This document shows positions 62,194 through 64,000 of a DNA stretch of 64,000 nucleotides, piece after piece. This DNA is from Psilocybe cubensis. Taxonomy: Eukaryota. The position numbers were made by a program, and so were the translations under genes. Position 1 is the stretch's first letter; each line of letters opens with the position of its first letter. The DNA lies in the NCBI GenBank assembly GCA_017499595.2, contig CM038999.1, forward strand, positions 1,798,001 through 1,862,000, written 5' to 3'. The notes beneath the pieces were generated by a model, which searched no databases, was not told the origin of the DNA, and worked only from the letters and a program-made list of their open reading frames with translations.

Positions 62194-63806
62194 ATGTCGA
62201 CCATTGAAACTAATGCCAAACTTTCCGTCTCCACTGAAGACGTGAATAACACTCCTGCTTCTGGACAAGCAAATGGAGGTCTTTCTACTCCTCTTCCTCA
62301 GTCTGCCATCGAAGGCTTCGACCGTTGGATCAAGGACTTTCAGAAATATGAGTCTGTCCTGGTTAGTCTGTTTAATTTGCTCACCTCCAGTCCTCTAATT
62401 AAACAATCTATAGAATGAAATGGCCAAAGTGACTGCAGATCCCAAGTTTAAGGAGGAACTTGCTACTATCGAGCACTGTCAGTAACTATTGGATATGAAC
62501 AGCTTATTGACACTCATATACCTTTGGATGGTATCTATCAGGGTTCAAAGTTCTGAATGAGCCTGAGAGGACTGCAGCACTGTATACTCTTCTTCAGAGC
62601 TCTACTCAGGACCAGCTTCGTTTCTTCGTTGCTGTTCTGCAACAAATGATCCGACCGGAGGAGCCTAAGGCTGTGCCTAGTAGGTGTACATCTCAATGTG
62701 ATGTTAGCACATTAATCTAATTAGATTCTCGCAAAGCTCCTGAACCAGCTGCTCAAGTTAAGCCCAAGCTTGGGAAGCTCGCATTCCGTCCCCCTAGCTT
62801 GAACATCGATGACCTTGAATCGCCGATCACCCCAACACCGGCTCATGAACAAACTCATCACAGTCTTCTTGCACAGGCGGCATTGAACCGCGAAGCTATT
62901 CGCCAGAACACGCCTGCTACGGAGAGCTGGGCCAACATGGTCAATACTCCTTTGATCCCCATGTTCCAAAAGGACGTTGGAAAAGAAGCAAAACCGGCCG
63001 CAGGATCTACCAATTCACTGCCCGGCTTCTCGGGAATCAATCCTTATACTTTGAATATGCTTGCCAACGCCGGTCTTTCAGCTGAAGCCCAAGTCCTTGC
63101 CGCTCAGTTGGTCATGAGCGGTCTCGTTCAACCCACTGGTCTTGCTCCTCCTTCTTCGGCGAAGCCTAAAAAGGCACAAGGACCTACTAACTGGAGAACT
63201 CCGACAAGTGCTCGTTATCCTGCCAGCGCTCTCAGGAGCAGTGGCTTGCGTCCTAGTAGCGGTTTGAAGAGCGCTGGCCTGAAGAGTAGCGGTCTAGGAC
63301 CCACTCCTGCTACGCCACTGAGCGCCGTTGATTCTCCTCGTGAAGAGGAATTCGAGCCTGAGATGCTCAACGACATCCCGACTTGGTTGAGAAGTCTCCG
63401 CCTACACAAATATACTTCAGCCTTTGATGGACTTACCTGGCAAGAGATGGTTGTTCTTGATGATGCAACTTTGGAAGCTAAAGGGGTAGCAGCTCTCGGT
63501 GCCCGCAGGCGCCTGCTGAGGACCTTTGAACACGTCAGAAAGAGGATGGGAATGGACGAACCAACTAGTGCCACTCCCACAACAAGCGCGATTCCGACAG
63601 GGGCGGCCTTTGCGGCGGCCCCTGAAGTTGATCGCGTTCCCCACAGTGCACTCCCTCGGTCGAAATTGTCGATCAATTCGCCTATCTTCACTCCGTCCTG
63701 GGACTCCTCCAAAGTCCCGAACAGTGCAACGCCCACCGTGTCTGCTACCGAACCTCCTGCCACTACCACTGAAAGTGTCGTAGTTGCTAGTAGTTCCCCA
63801 GCCTAG
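62194..63806 (+). CDS. VTS1: Vts1/Smaug-family SAM-domain RNA-binding protein (4 exons)
   Basis: N-terminal Smaug-similarity region ([35 protein letters not shown]). SAM domain [30 protein letters not shown]. Confidence 0.85.
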
Positions 63807-64000
63807 GAGAACCTCACTGTACTATATACTTTCATCTTTCTGGCCTGGCACGATGTACAATGTATAGCAATGTGATGTGAGTCTGGTAGTTAGTACCAGG
63901 TTAGTACTGTAGCTCAATATATATAACTGTTCTGCGGAAATGGAATAAATCATTAATTCATGAACCACATAAGACCACAGATACTTACTGTACCTGCCAC

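Noticed and set aside
63807-64000. Autoregulatory Smaug recognition element in the VTS1 3'UTR
   Set aside because: CTGG words occur, but none sits in the loop of a convincing stem.

Overview
Gene-dense, intron-rich fungal genomic DNA. Short ~50-nt GT-AG introns, micro-exons and the gene content point to an Agaricomycete (mushroom-forming basidiomycete); the species cannot be fixed from sequence alone. I can support about 27 protein-coding genes, rebuilt by splicing ORF fragments by eye. They are mostly housekeeping or signalling genes: SCP160/vigilin (truncated by the window edge), ERO1, ATP sulfurylase MET3, BolA, three transcription factors (C2H2, homeodomain, Zn2Cys6), an NDR kinase, an AA9 LPMO, NEW1/eEF3-like ABC-F, a glycerol-3-P acyltransferase, RRP12, PAC2, an FAD monooxygenase, MTF2-like, a WW-MyTH4-RhoGAP, a DUF1932 dehydrogenase, UCH37, MED31, an SLC35C2-like transporter, a 7TM protein, a YOR238W-like protein, a HAD-IIA hydrolase, an O-fucosyltransferase-like protein and VTS1. 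I saw no transposon, rRNA, tRNA, CRISPR array or secondary-metabolite backbone gene. The best leads are: an NDR kinase with an intron-split N-terminal CRIB (Cdc42/Rac-binding) motif; a ~17-exon orphan 7TM GPCR-like gene almost invisible in the ORF track; a (His-Gly)n tract in the homeodomain factor; a PTS1-tagged flavin monooxygenase; a possible fucosylation pair; and several promoter motifs. Family calls rest on motif recognition, not database searches, and exon boundaries are manual.
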